NCBI GenBank assembly: GCA_963776345.1
Contig: CAVZMH010000018.1
Coordinates: forward strand, 64,001-128,000
Direction of reading: 5' to 3'
Origin: an uncultured delta proteobacterium
Lineage (GTDB): Bacteria; Myxococcota; Myxococcia; Myxococcales; Myxococcaceae
DNA: 64,000 nucleotides
Positions 1 to 10,887 of the stretch are shown in pieces. Every line of letters begins with the position of its first letter. The stretch's first letter is position 1. The position numbers and the translations under genes were made by a program. Under the pieces are notes generated by a model. That model did not search any database and had not been told where the DNA came from. It worked only from the letters and a program-made list of their open reading frames with translations.

Positions 1-1458
1 GACCTGCGGGCGGTGATGGAGCACGTCCCCGACGGGCTGCTCACGGTGAGCGCCGGCGGGATGCTGGTCAGCATGAACCCCGCCGCGGAGCGCATCTTCG
101 GGGTCCAGGCCTCGGAGGTGGTGGGGCGGCCGGCGGACGAGTTCCTCCCTCCCGGCTTCCAGGGCTACGTGGGTCAGGGGAGCCGCTCCAGCGAGGCCCG
201 CCGCCGCGACGGCACCATGGTCCACCTCGAGCTCGCGGTGGCCGAGGTGCCGGGGGGCGACCAGCGGCTGGTGGTCAGCGTGCGCGACGTCACCGAGCGC
301 AAGCGGCTCGAGGCCGAGGTGCAGCGCACCCAGAAGATGGACACCGTGGGCATGCTCGCCGGCGGCGTGGCCCACGACTTCAACAACGTGCTCACCGGCA
401 TCCAGAGCGCCGCAGCGCTGGCCCGGCTCGACCTCCCGGTGGACCACTCCGCCCAGACCGACCTCGCGGAGATCGAGCGGCAGTGCCAGCGCGCCGCGGC
501 GCTGGTGCGGCAGCTCCTGGCCTTCGCCCGCCGTCAGCCGCTGGCCCAGCGCTCGCTCAGCCTCAACCAGGTGGTGCTCGACGTGGAGAGCCTGCTCCGC
601 CGCGTCATCGGCGAGCCGGTGAAGCTGGTGACCGAGCTGGCCGAGGATCTCTGGACCATCTCCGGGGACCCGGCGCAGCTGGAGCAGGTGCTGATGAACC
701 TCTGCGTGAACGCCCGCGACGCCATGCCCGAGGGCGGGACGCTCACCGTCCGGACCCGCAACCTCGAGGTGGATGCCGAGTTCGCCACCCGCCACGGCAC
801 CGTCCCGGGGAGGCGAATGGTCGAGCTGTCGGTGAGGGACACCGGCGTGGGCATCCCCGCCGGCACGCTGGAGCGCATCTTCGAGCCGTTCTTCACCACC
901 AAGGCGCCGGGCCGGGGCACCGGGCTCGGCCTGGCGGTGGTGCACGGCATCGTCCGCCAGCACCAGGGCGTGGTGGAGGTGTCGAGCGCGCCGTCGCGGG
1001 GCTCGACCTTCCAGATCCTCCTCCCGGCCGTGGAGGGGCTCCCCCTGGAGACCGAGCGGCGCGCCCGCCCCCCCGCGCCGCGCACCGGGGGCACGGTGCT
1101 GGTCGTCGAGGACGACGCCGCCGTCCGGCAGGGGCTCGCCCGGCTCCTCGAGCGGAGCGGCTTCCGGGCCCTCACCGCGGACGACGCCGAGTCCGCCCTG
1201 GCCCTCCTCGGCGGCGTGGCGGTCGACCTGGTCATCCTCGACGCGGTGCTGCCGGGGCTGAGCGGGCTGGCCGCCTACCGCACCATCCACCAGCGCCACC
1301 CCGGGGCGCGGGTGCTGGTGGTGAGCGGGTACGGCGAGGGGCAGATGGACCCGGAGCTGAGGCGTGACCCCGGGACGAGCTTCCTCCAGAAGCCCTTCAC
1401 CCACCTCGAGCTGCTGGAGGCGGTGCAGCGGGTGCTGGCGCCGAGGACCGGGACCTAG
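1..1458 (+). CDS. Hybrid sensor histidine kinase (PAS-HisKA-HATPase-REC), probably 5'-truncated by the window edge
   Basis: Frame is open from base 1. H-box [11 protein letters not shown]-box [11 protein letters not shown]-boxes DTGVGI and GTGLGL, C-terminal receiver VLVVEDD...DAVLPG...KP. Confidence 0.93.
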   Translation, partial: DLRAVMEHVPDGLLTVSAGGMLVSMNPAAERIFGVQASEVVGRPADEFLPPGFQGYVGQGSRSSEARRRDGTMVHLELAVAEVPGGDQRLVVSVRDVTERKRLEAEVQRTQKMDTVGMLAGGVAHDFNNVLTGIQSAAALARLDLPVDHSAQTDLAEIERQCQRAAALVRQLLAFARRQPLAQRSLSLNQVVLDVESLLRRVIGEPVKLVTELAEDLWTISGDPAQLEQVLMNLCVNARDAMPEGGTLTVRTRNLEVDAEFATRHGTVPGRRMVELSVRDTGVGIPAGTLERIFEPFFTTKAPGRGTGLGLAVVHGIVRQHQGVVEVSSAPSRGSTFQILLPAVEGLPLETERRARPPAPRTGGTVLVVEDDAAVRQGLARLLERSGFRALTADDAESALALLGGVAVDLVILDAVLPGLSGLAAYRTIHQRHPGARVLVVSGYGEGQMDPELRRDPGTSFLQKPFTHLELLEAVQRVLAPRTGT

Positions 1459-2642
1459 GGAGCCCGTCGCAGCCGCTCGGCCACCGGGGGCGAGTTCAGG
1501 ACTGGCGCGGGCGCGTCCAGCTGCGGGAACGCGTGCCGGAGATCCTCCAGCAGCTGGGACCGGGTCTCCGACGGCGGCCCCGAGCGGATTCGCTCCACCT
1601 GCTCCAGCCCGCGCCGGAGGTTCCCCGCGGCGAGGTGCGCCCGGGCGCTCCAGGCCAGCAGCCGCACGTTGTCCGGATCCGCCGAGAGCGCCTTCTCGAA
1701 CCGCAGCGCGGCGGTGGAGAACGCGCGGGCGTGGTACGAGCGCATCCCCTCGTTGAAGTTCCACGCCGGCTCGTCCTCGAGCAGCTCCCGCCCGCGCGCC
1801 TCGAGCGCGCTGGCCATCGCCTCGTCGCCGAGCCGCCGGGCCGCCTGCACCGCGTTGGCGAAGAGCGGGCGGAAGTGGGGGAAGCGCTCCACCGCGGCAT
1901 GGAGCAGGTCCATCGCCTCGCGGTCCCGTCCGGTCTGCATCAGGACCAGGGAGAAGTTGTTGGGAAGCTCCGGCGCGTCGGGCGCGCGGTCCTCGAAGAA
2001 GCGGAAGATGCGCTCGGCGGTGACCACGTCGCCGGCGAGCATCCGATGCACGGCGACGTTGTTCTGGAAGAGGACGAAGGCCTCGTCGTCCGGCACGTCG
2101 TCGTACAGCGAGAAGCGCCAGGGCGAGGTGTGCACGTTGCCGAAGTCCACGATGACCGCCTGGTCCCAGGAGGCGTCGCGTCCGAGGGCCACCGCCATGT
2201 GCGAGGACTCGAAGAACCGTCCCCCGGCCTCCCAGGTCACCGGGAGCTGGGTGATGCGCACGTACCGCACCGGCACGTCGAGCGTCCGCGCCAGGGCGAC
2301 CAGGAGGTTCGCGTAGCTCATGCAGTCGCCGCGTCGGGCGGCGAAGGCCTTCTCCGCGGTGAGCGAGCTCTGCGTCTGGTACTGGAAGCCGAGGCCGTCG
2401 GCCTCGCCCATGAAGCGCACCAGCTTCAGGAGGCGGGACTTCTCGTTCCCCGCGTAGCCCACCTTCTCCCGCACCAGGGACCTCACCTGTGGCGAGACGC
2501 GCAGCGGCTCCTCGAGCACCAGCCCCTCGGCGCGGGCCTGGTCGATCCACTGATCGGTCAGGGAGTGACGGCCGGCCGAGGTCGATGCACACCCCGACGC
2601 GAGGACCAGAACGACGGCGACGGCCAGCGACTTGGCCACCAC
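1455..2642 (-). CDS. Transglutaminase-like domain + TPR lipoprotein
   Basis: Lipobox LASGC; GDCMSYA, SHMAV and IVDF give a Cys-His-Asp triad pattern; helical TPR-like C-terminus. Confidence 0.75.
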   Translation of the reverse strand: MVAKSLAVAVVLVLASGCASTSAGRHSLTDQWIDQARAEGLVLEEPLRVSPQVRSLVREKVGYAGNEKSRLLKLVRFMGEADGLGFQYQTQSSLTAEKAFAARRGDCMSYANLLVALARTLDVPVRYVRITQLPVTWEAGGRFFESSHMAVALGRDASWDQAVIVDFGNVHTSPWRFSLYDDVPDDEAFVLFQNNVAVHRMLAGDVVTAERIFRFFEDRAPDAPELPNNFSLVLMQTGRDREAMDLLHAAVERFPHFRPLFANAVQAARRLGDEAMASALEARGRELLEDEPAWNFNEGMRSYHARAFSTAALRFEKALSADPDNVRLLAWSARAHLAAGNLRRGLEQVERIRSGPPSETRSQLLEDLRHAFPQLDAPAPVLNSPPVAERLRRAP

Positions 2643-2740
2643 GGAACTCCTCCGGCTCCCCTCGACCTTCCGCTGGAAGTCTAGGTCCAGGCGGGGGAAG
2701 GACGCGAATCGCGCAGCGGGCGGGGCCAGGGACGCAGCCG

Positions 2741-2770
2741 TTGACTCACAGCGGCACGGGTGGTTATACG
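2741..2770 (+). promoter_or_regulatory. Sigma70-type promoter of tRNA-Lys
   Basis: TTGACT (2741-2746), 18 nt, TATACG (2765-2770), ~28 nt upstream of the tRNA. Confidence 0.55.
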
Positions 2771-2797
2771 CGCGGACCCTCGCGCAGCCGGGCGAGC

Positions 2798-2870
2798 GGG
2801 AGCGTAGCTCAATTGGCAGAGCAATGGACTCTTAATCCATAGGTTGTGGGTTCGATTCCCTCCGCTCTCA
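2798..2870 (+). tRNA. tRNA-Lys(CTT), CCA not encoded
   Basis: Acceptor GGGAGCG/CGCTCTC, D-arm TAGCTCAATTGGCAGAGC, anticodon arm ATGGA-CT-CTT-AA-TCCAT, T-loop GGTTCGATTCC. Confidence 0.96.
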
Positions 2871-2945
2871 CTCACGTTGTTGACGGACGATGACGCCGGT
2901 CAGGCCCTTGCCAGCCTGACCGGCGTCCTTGTTTCCGGACCGGCC

Positions 2946-3809
2946 TCAGAGGCCGTCGTAGTGGATGGACCCGGCGTCGGTGACGTCGTAGCCCGGGACG
3001 CGCGCCGCTTCGGTGCGGAACCGGCTGCTCTGCGCGGCCTCGCAGAGGGCGACCAGCGCCGGATGGCCCAGCTTCGCTGCACGGACCACCAGCCCGTAGG
3101 CCTCCTCGGCCAGCGGCCGGAACCGGAGCCCGAGCCACTCCGCCCAGGCGCGCGAGGCCACGCCGACCTGGGCACGCCCCTGGAGCACCTGCGCGCAGAC
3201 CTCCAGATGCGACGCACAGAGCACGGCGGTGCGGTGGACCGCTGCGGGATCCATCCCGGCCCGGGTCAGCGCGGCGTCGAGGTGCACTCGCACCCCCGCC
3301 GTCGGCGGCCGCGAGGCGAGGATGGACGCCCCCAGCGCCTCGAGCGCGGGTGGAGGGTTCCGGGCGACGAGGCCGATCTCCCGCCGCACGAGGTGGATGC
3401 GCGCCACCCGTTCGGCTCCCACGTGGGTGGGGAAGCCGCCGGCGTGGTTCCCGGTGGCCAGCACCGCGGAGCGGGCCAGGAGCGCCAGACCCTCGGCCTG
3501 GTCGGCCTGGACCAGCCCCACCGGCGCGCCGCGCTCGAGCGCCACCCGGAGCAGCAGCAGCACCACCCGGTCGCCGTTGGCGGCCACCAGCGGCGGGGCG
3601 TCCGGAGCGGCCGCCTCGGCCTCCGCCACACCGCCCTGGCCGCCGCGGGTCCAGCGGGCCACCTCGGACGGGTCGAACCGCCACTCCCCGCCGATGCGCC
3701 GCGCCGGCAGCCCGCGCCGGAGCAGCCGGTAGACGTGCTTCGGGTGGACGGAAAGGAGTTCGGCCACCTCGGAGGTGGTCAGCAGGGAAGGCGCGGCGGG
3801 CCTGCGCAT
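2946..3809 (-). CDS. Excisionase-like HTH_17 regulator fused to a periplasmic-binding-protein-like (molybdate-binding type) domain
   Basis: N-terminal LLTTSEVAELLSVHPKHVYRLL...LPARRIGGEWRF; C-terminal REIGLVA, FRPLAEEAYGLVV, PGYDVTDAG typical of PBP_like. Start ATG 3809 or 3824. Confidence 0.82.
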   Translation of the reverse strand: MRRPAAPSLLTTSEVAELLSVHPKHVYRLLRRGLPARRIGGEWRFDPSEVARWTRGGQGGVAEAEAAAPDAPPLVAANGDRVVLLLLRVALERGAPVGLVQADQAEGLALLARSAVLATGNHAGGFPTHVGAERVARIHLVRREIGLVARNPPPALEALGASILASRPPTAGVRVHLDAALTRAGMDPAAVHRTAVLCASHLEVCAQVLQGRAQVGVASRAWAEWLGLRFRPLAEEAYGLVVRAAKLGHPALVALCEAAQSSRFRTEAARVPGYDVTDAGSIHYDGL

Positions 3810-3850
3810 CGCGGCCGGGAGCATACCCGGGGTGCGGCTCACCTGATTGG

Positions 3851-3910
3851 GCTCAAGAGGGCACGACAGGTTACTAAAAGCCACCACAAGCCACCAAGAG
3901 ACACGATAGG
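3851..3910. repeat. Phased 10-bp degenerate direct-repeat array (candidate operator)
   Basis: Consecutive decamers gcACgAcagG, ttACtAaaaG, ccACcAcaaG, ccACcAagaG, acACgAtagG (3861-3910), preceded by the weaker gctCaAgagG; includes exact AAGCCACCA twice (3878-3886, 3888-3896). Confidence 0.6.
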
Positions 3911-3958
3911 GTCTCTCGCCTGTCCCCTCGGCAGGGGGGCGCACGGGAGGGGACACAC

Positions 3959-4831
3959 ATGGTCAGTCGTGGCGCTCGCGCACGGTGGCTCTGGTTCTTT
4001 CTTGGAGGCCTTCTGGTGGGCACTCAGGCCCGGGCGGAAGACGACCTCGGGCTCGGGAACTTCTTCACCAAGGGCTGGAACGAGGAATGGCACATCCGGA
4101 CCCGCCGGACGCCGGACATGGCGATCCTCCGGGCCACCACCAACTTCCTCGAGCGGGAGCTGCGGCTGGACTACGTGCTCACCGACCTGCGCACCGGGAA
4201 GTTCGAGGCGCAGCACCTCGCCCAAGGGCTCATTGCATACGGAACGAGCCGCCGGCTGATGCTCGAGGTCATCACCAACTACCAGTGGAACACTCCCGCG
4301 CAGGGCTCGCCTCAGCACGGCGGCGGCGGTGGCGGCCTGGTCCGGATACAGCTCGTGGAGAACGACACCCAGTCCTACGCCTTCCAGGCGAAGCTGGCGG
4401 TGCCCAACCGGGGCCTCGGCCAGACGCAGACCTCGATGGCCTACACGCTCACCGGCTGGCAGGACCTCCAGGCGGTCGTCCCCTTCCTGGACCGGGTCGG
4501 GCTCTACTTCTCGTTCACCTACGAGAACCTGCTCGGGTCGCACGCCAGCGGCGCGCGCGAGAACGACATCTCCTACGACGTCTCGCTGGCCAAGACCTGG
4601 ACCCGGGCCACCCAGCCGGTGTTCGGGAAGCTCACCACCTTCCTCGAGCTCTACGCGACCACCGACCTCGACGGCGCCCACTCCGGCTGGACGGTGGCCA
4701 CCCTCACTCCCGGGATTCGCTTCTGGTTCATCCCGGAGAACTCGCTGATCGCGGGGGTGGACTTCCCCATCAGCGCGAACCCGACCTTCGCCGCCATCTA
4801 CCGGGTCACCTACATCCTGAACTTCGAGTAG
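3959..4831 (+). CDS. Secreted putative outer-membrane beta-barrel protein
   Basis: Signal peptide ending ARA-E, amphipathic beta strands, C-terminal YRVTYILNFE, SD GGAGG upstream. Confidence 0.7.
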   Translation: MVSRGARARWLWFFLGGLLVGTQARAEDDLGLGNFFTKGWNEEWHIRTRRTPDMAILRATTNFLERELRLDYVLTDLRTGKFEAQHLAQGLIAYGTSRRLMLEVITNYQWNTPAQGSPQHGGGGGGLVRIQLVENDTQSYAFQAKLAVPNRGLGQTQTSMAYTLTGWQDLQAVVPFLDRVGLYFSFTYENLLGSHASGARENDISYDVSLAKTWTRATQPVFGKLTTFLELYATTDLDGAHSGWTVATLTPGIRFWFIPENSLIAGVDFPISANPTFAAIYRVTYILNFE

Positions 4832-4832
4832 G

Positions 4833-7800
4833 TCAGGCCGGCGCGGCGCTCCCGTGGTCGACCGCGCCGTGGGTCGCAGGGATGGTCGCCTCCGCCGCAG
4901 GCCGCTTGGCGAGCACCATGAACATCGACGGGACGAGGAACAGCGACAGCACCGTCGACGACATGAGCCCGCCCACCACCGCCAGCGCCAGCGGCCGGTT
5001 GGCCTCGGTGCCGGCCTCGAGCCCGAGCGCGGTGGGGAGCAGCCCGATGATGGTCGCGAGGCTGGTCATGGCGATGGGGACGAACCGGATGCGCGCCGCC
5101 TGGATCATCGCCTCGGCCTTCTCGGTCCCGGAGAGGAAGCGGTGGTTGGCCTCGTCCACCAGGAGGATTCCGTTGGACACCGCGATGCCCACCACCATCA
5201 GCAGGCCCATCAGCGCGGTCACCGAGAAGCCCTGGCCGGCGGAGAGCAGCGCGAGCACGATGCCGATCAGGGTGCAGGGGATGGTGAAGAGCATGATCAG
5301 CGGCAGCCGCAGCGACTTGAACTGCGAGGCCATGATCATGAACACCACCATGACTGCCAGCGCCACGGCGACGCCCAGGCCGCCGAACGTCTTGCGCATC
5401 AGCTGCACCTGACCGACGAAGTTGAAGTCCAGCCCGCGGGTCCTCGGGTCGGTGTGCAGCCGCTGCTCCAGCTCCTCGGCGGCGCTGCCGATGTCCCGCC
5501 CCTCGGTCTGCATCAGGATGTGGGCCGCCCGCTGGAGCTGGTTGCGCTCGACGAGGATGGGACCCACCGAGCGGCGGATGTTTCCGTACTGGCCCAGGGT
5601 CACCGCCGCGCCGCGATCGTTCACCCGCAGCGGCACCCGCGCCAGGGCCGCGGCGTCGGGGATCGAGCTCGGGTCGTACGAGGTGACCACGTAGTAGGTC
5701 TGCCCGTTGGTGCTGTCCACCCAGACGCTCGGGGTGTTGATGTTGCCGAGCGTGGCCTCCAGGGTCGCCTGGGCGGCGGTCCGCGCGCTCACCCCCACCA
5801 GGCCGGCCTGCTGGCGATCGGTGTCCACGCGCACCTCCGGGTAGTCCACCTGGAGGGTCGGGTAGACGTCGCGGATGCCCTGGACGGTGCGGGCCACCTC
5901 GGCCACCGCGAGCGCCTGCTCGTTCAGCCGCTCGAGGTTCTCGCCGCGCAGCTCGATGACCAGCGGAGCGTTGTAGCCGTTGGCGAAGACGGCGGCGACG
6001 AGCCCGCCCGGCTTCTGGAGAAACTCGATGCCCGGGTAGTCGTGCGCCAGGATGGCCCGCGCCCGGTCCGCCACCTCGCGCTGGCTGAGCTTGCGCTTCT
6101 CCGGGTCCGACAGCTGCAATTTCAGAAATCCGGTGTGGGGCCCGGAGTTCGGGCTGGTCATGGCGCTGCGGACGTTGGTGGGCGAGCCGATGTTGGTGAG
6201 CGCCAGCTCCACGGTGCCCGGAGGGAGCTTCTTGACCAGATCTCCCGCCATCTCCTGGATCTGCCGCGAGGACTCGGTGAGCGGGATGCCGGCCGGGAAG
6301 CGCACGTAGACGCGGGCGATGGACTCGTCGATCTCCGGGAAGAAGGTGCTCGGGAGGCGGCTGGCGGCGAACACTGCCGCCGCGACCAGCGTCACCGCCG
6401 CGGCGATGAGCCAGCCGCGGAAGGGGAGCACGCGGCGGAGGAGCGCGGCGTAGGACTCGGCCACCCGGATGATGCCGTGCTCCACCCGCTTGGCGAGCTT
6501 CCCCGGCTCCTTGTTGGTGAGGAAGTAGCGGCAGGCCACCGGGGTGACGCACATGCTGACGATGTACCCGGCGAACATGGCGCAGGCCACGGTGAGGGCC
6601 AGCGGCGCGAAGAGCTTCTTGGCCAGTCCGAACAGCAGCAAGCACTGGCAGGAGCACCGCCACCGTGGTCAGGGTCGCGGCGAGCGCCGGCACCGCCACC
6701 GCCTCGGTGCCCTCGCGGGCGGCGATGGCCGGGTCCCCGGAGGCGTGAAGCCGCCGGTGCACCGATTCGAGCACCACCACCGAGATGTCCACCAGCGGGC
6801 CCATGGAGAGCGTGAGCCCGCCGAGGGTGAAGGCGTTGAGGGTGTTCCCGGTCGCGTAGAGGACGATGAGGATCGCGGCGAAGGAGATGGGGATGGCGAT
6901 CGCCGCGATCAGCACCGCCCGCACGTTCTGCAGGAAGAGCAGGATGACCAGCGAGATGAGCACCAGCGCCTGCAGGATCTCCTGCTTCAGGCCGGCGTAG
7001 CTGGTCCGGACGAAGGTGCTCTGGTCGAACACCGCCTCCACGTGCAGACCGGGCGGCAGGTCCTTGAGCTCGCGGACCGCCTTCTTCACCGCGTCCACGA
7101 TCTGCAGGGTGTTGCCGCCGGGGACGCGCAGCACGTTCAGGTACACCGTGTCCTGGCCGGCCACCGAGACCGACTGGGTCGCCGGCGAGCCCGAGTCCTC
7201 GACCCGCGCGATGTCGCGGATGAGCACCGGACGGCCCTGGCTCTCCTTGACGAAGGCGTCGCCGATGTCCCCGACCTTCGCCGCCACCGCGTTGGTGTAG
7301 ACGTTGGCGTCGAAGGTGTCGGAGATGAACTCGCCGGAGGGGAGCAGGGCGTTGGCGTGGGACACTGCCGTGGCCACGTCCTCCGAGGTGACTCCGCGGG
7401 CCTGGGCCTTGGGCAGATCCACCACCACGTTGATCTGCCGCTGCGTGCCGCCGTTGAGCGCGGCGCTGGCCACGCCCGGGATGCCCTCCAGCACCGGCTC
7501 GATGTTGTTCAGGGCGTAGTCGTACAGCTGCGGCCCGGTGAGCCCCCCGCCGTAGACCGCCACCTGCACCACCGCGGCGTTGGAGGGGTCGTACTGGAGC
7601 ACGAACGGCGGGAGCACGCCCAGCGACTTCGGGACCGCCGACATGGCGAACGCCGTCTGCTGCTGCACCAGCGTCTGGGCCGCGCTCAGGTCCGTGCCCC
7701 ACTGCAGCCAGACGTAGACGATGCTGAGGTTGTTGCGGGAGAGGCTCTCCACGTGCTCCACGCCCGGCGTGGCGCTCACGTACTTCTCGATGCGCCAGGT

Positions 7801-7983
7801 GATGGTCTTCTCCACGTCCTTGGGCCCCAGGCCCGGGGCCAGGGTGCCGACCACCAGCACCGGCGGGGTCAGCTCGGGGAAGGTGTCGATGCTCATCCGC
7901 GGCACCACCACGGCGGCGAAGACCACCACCCCGATGCACACCATCAGGATGGCGATGGGGTTCCGGAGCGAGACCCGGGTCAC
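4833..7983 (-). CDS. RND efflux permease (AcrB/CzcA-like), one frameshift near 6640
   Basis: ORF 4810..7983 gives the N-half (IDTFPELTPP, FDQSTFV, NAFTLGGL); ORF 4833..6641 gives the C-half (GIAVSNGILLVD, RFVPIAMTSLATIIGLLP). Confidence 0.9.
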
Positions 7984-9206
7984 TGGCGGCCCTCCGCGGT
8001 CGAGGCCTGGACGCTGCTCGGCGCCAGGTCGGACGCGGCGTCCGCCCGGGCCGAGCGCTCCACCGCGGTGACCTTGTCGCCGTCAGCGAGCAGGGTGCGC
8101 CCCTGGGTCACCACCAGGGTGCCGGCCGCGAGCTTGGGGTCGAGGAACAGTGTCCCTCCCTGCTCGCCGAGGACCGGGAGCGTCTCGCGCTTCACCTTGT
8201 CTCCCTGGACCACGAAGATGTCCGCCTTCTTGCCGCGCACGGTGGCCGCGGTCAGCGGGATGCGGGTCGCCGGCATCGGCTTGCCGACGTCGATGCCCAG
8301 GAGCGCGGTGGTGTTCACCGGGAAGCGGTGGTCGGCGTTGGCCAGGTCGATCTCCACGTGCACCGTCCGGGTCCCCAAATCGGCCGCGGGCGCCCGCCGG
8401 GAGATGACCCCTTGCGTCTTCTGGCCGGTGGAGACGACCTCGATCTGCACCACGGTCTCGGGGGCCACCGCGCCGAAGTCCTCCTCCGGCACGTCGGTGG
8501 TCACCCGCACCACGTTGCGGTCCACGATGGTCACGATGGCGCTCCCCGGACGGGCGAAGGAGCCGGGGTCGGCCGTGCGCTCGGAGATCTCCCCGTCGAA
8601 CGGGGCTCGCAGCACGCAGTCGTCGACTTGAAGTGCGCTGCCCATCATCTGCGCCTGGAGCGCCAGCAGCTGCGCCTCCTTGCTCGCGCTCTCCGCCTGC
8701 CGCTGATCCACCTCGTTGGGCGAGACGAAGCCGCCGTCCAGCATCTTCGAGACCCGGCCGGCCTGCTTGGCCAGGGCAGTCTCCATCGCCTCCACCGCGC
8801 GGGCCTGCATGGCCACCGACTTCTGCGAGGCGCTGGTGTTGCGGCAGTCGAGCGTGGCCAGCACCTGGTTGCGCTTCACCACCGCGCCGGGCCGCACCAG
8901 CACCGTGTCCACGTAGGCCGAGACCAGCTGCGGGCCGACCTGGGCCTGGATCCACGGGGCCATGGTGCCCACGTACCGCCGCGAGGGCTGGTACTGGGTG
9001 GACACCGCCCGCTCGACCGTGACGCCCTTGGGAGCGTCGGCGAGCGCCACGTGGTTGTTGTGCGCCACCGCACGCCAGTAGAGCAGCCCTCCGAAGAGCA
9101 GCACGCCCACCACCACCGCGGCGATGGTCAGAGGAATCCGCCGGCCCTTGCCGCCGCCGGCGCCACCACCACCGCCACTCGTTCCCGTCTCCATCGTCGT
9201 GCTCAC
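7980..9206 (-). CDS. RND periplasmic adaptor (membrane fusion protein)
   Basis: GTG start overlapping the TolC stop; one TM helix; VLVRPGAVVKRNQVLA and LRAPFDGEI lipoyl half-motifs. Confidence 0.9.
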   Translation of the reverse strand: MSTTMETGTSGGGGGAGGGKGRRIPLTIAAVVVGVLLFGGLLYWRAVAHNNHVALADAPKGVTVERAVSTQYQPSRRYVGTMAPWIQAQVGPQLVSAYVDTVLVRPGAVVKRNQVLATLDCRNTSASQKSVAMQARAVEAMETALAKQAGRVSKMLDGGFVSPNEVDQRQAESASKEAQLLALQAQMMGSALQVDDCVLRAPFDGEISERTADPGSFARPGSAIVTIVDRNVVRVTTDVPEEDFGAVAPETVVQIEVVSTGQKTQGVISRRAPAADLGTRTVHVEIDLANADHRFPVNTTALLGIDVGKPMPATRIPLTAATVRGKKADIFVVQGDKVKRETLPVLGEQGGTLFLDPKLAAGTLVVTQGRTLLADGDKVTAVERSARADAASDLAPSSVQASTAEGRQ

Positions 9207-10651
9207 AGTCCCTCCGCGATGACCCGGCCGAGGTACGCGCGGGCGCGCGCCACCTCGAACCGGCCCACGGCCAGCTGAATCTCTGCATCGGTGCGAAGCG
9301 CCTCGGCGTCGGCCAGCTCCACGCTGGTGCCGAGCCCCTCCCGGAAGCGCGCGTCCGCCTGGGCGCCGTTGGCCACCGCCGCCTTGAGCGCCTCCGCCAG
9401 GCCGGGCAGTGCCGCCTGCGCCACCTCCAGCGAGGCGTAGGCCTGCTCGATGGCGGTGGTGGTCTGCTGTCCGGCCTCGACCAGCTCGGCCTGTCGCGCC
9501 CGCTCCTGGCTCTCGGACGCCGATTTCTGGGCGAAGACGCCGAAGTCGAGGATCGGCCAGCTCAGGACGATGGCCGCATCCCAGTTGGGCACGTTGGGGA
9601 CGTAGCCGCTGCCCGAGGGCACCGCGCCGGTGGGCGTGGGTGCCCCCCCGGCGCGCCCGCTCAGGGTGCCGGTGATGAAGAGCTCGGGGAGCAGCGCGCT
9701 GGTGAAGACCCGGGTCGTGGCCTCCTGGGCGGTCAGCCGAGCCTGGGCCGCGCGCACGCTCGGGGCCTTGGTCGCCAGGTCGTGCAGCACCTGGTCCATC
9801 GCCGGCACCGGGGCCACCGTCGTCTCCACGTCCGGGACGTCGGCGGCGTCGAGGCGCGACTCGTCCACCCCCACCGTGGCGGCGAAGACCGCCTGGGCCT
9901 CGATCAGGCCGCCCCGGGCCCGCGTGCGCAGCACGTCCGTCCGGGCGAGGTCGGCGGCGGCGCGCGTCAGCTCGATGGGCGATCGCATCCCCTGGGCCAC
10001 CCCGACCTGGGCGAAGTCGCGGTGGGCCAGCGAGCGGGTGTACGCGGCCTCGGAGGCCCGGAGCACCGCCTTGGCGGCGAGCACCGCGAAGTAGGACTGC
10101 TCCACCTGGAAGCGCACCGCCAGCGTGGCCAGGCTCGATCGTTCCTTCTCCGCCGCGGCCTCGGAGTCGGCCAGCGCCGAGAGCGCCGAGATGCGCCCGA
10201 AGTCGAAGAGCTCCTGCCGGAGCCCCACCGCCGCGAGGCTCGACCCGTTCGGGTCCCAGGTCCCGGTGGTCCCGGCCGTGGTGCCGCCGATGCGAGGCAG
10301 GTCGAGCGTGCCCACCGAGACGTAGCCGGCGGTGGTGTTGTTGCTCGTCCCGATCATCTCCTGGGCGGTCACCCCGAGCCGCGGGAGCCAGAGCGCGCGC
10401 GGCACGCGGGTGGTCGACATCGCCGCCTCCAGCCGTGCGCGGGCGGCGAGCAGGGTGGGCTGGTGCGCGGTGGCGTAGGTCTGCGCTTGCTCCAGCGTGA
10501 AGACCTGGGATGTCCCGGGCAAGACGGCGCTCATGGGCTCGGCGGTCGCGCCAGTGGGAGCCAGGGGAGGGGGCCGCTGCTGCCCCAGCGCGGGAAGCGC
10601 CAGGACGAGCGCGAGCCAGCAGCCGGGCCAGCGTGGGCGGAGGTCGGGCAT
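9203..10651 (-). CDS. TolC-family outer membrane efflux protein
   Basis: Signal peptide; LRQELFDFG; ARFREGLGTSVELADAE; SD GAAGGAG before ATG 10651. Confidence 0.9.
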   Translation of the reverse strand: MPDLRPRWPGCWLALVLALPALGQQRPPPLAPTGATAEPMSAVLPGTSQVFTLEQAQTYATAHQPTLLAARARLEAAMSTTRVPRALWLPRLGVTAQEMIGTSNNTTAGYVSVGTLDLPRIGGTTAGTTGTWDPNGSSLAAVGLRQELFDFGRISALSALADSEAAAEKERSSLATLAVRFQVEQSYFAVLAAKAVLRASEAAYTRSLAHRDFAQVGVAQGMRSPIELTRAAADLARTDVLRTRARGGLIEAQAVFAATVGVDESRLDAADVPDVETTVAPVPAMDQVLHDLATKAPSVRAAQARLTAQEATTRVFTSALLPELFITGTLSGRAGGAPTPTGAVPSGSGYVPNVPNWDAAIVLSWPILDFGVFAQKSASESQERARQAELVEAGQQTTTAIEQAYASLEVAQAALPGLAEALKAAVANGAQADARFREGLGTSVELADAEALRTDAEIQLAVGRFEVARARAYLGRVIAEGL

Positions 10652-10668
10652 GTGGGCGGGCTCCTTCA

Positions 10669-10781
10669 GCAGGGACCGTACCAGCGGGGTGCTCGCCCGA
10701 GGACGCGAGGGGCACCGTCCCTCCACCCGGGAATCGTTCCGGGGCGCCCCGGAATCCTTCCGTCCCCGCGGGAAGGCGGCC
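10669..10781 (-). promoter_or_regulatory. Sigma54 promoter with upstream GGAA-N3-TTCC sites for the TolC-MFP-RND operon
   Basis: Minus strand TGGTACGGTCCCTGC (GG-N10-GC, 10683-10669); palindromes GGAATCGTTCC (10730-10740) and GGAATCCTTCC (10751-10761), a third half-site at 10771. Caveat: the predicted start site falls very close to the SD. Confidence 0.55.
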
Positions 10782-10887
10782 CGAGGGGCGGCCTGCACAC
10801 CGGGTCGGTGGTCCGGGGCTTGCTGCTCGGGCTCCCATCGTGGAGTCCAGTCTGGTCAACCCGCGCGCCAGTCGCGAAGATGGTCAG

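Noticed and set aside
3869..3885. GTTAC-TAAAA-GCCAC as another CbrB-like site
   Set aside because: Only one good half-site, no properly spaced sigma54 box seen, and it is part of the 10-bp repeat array.
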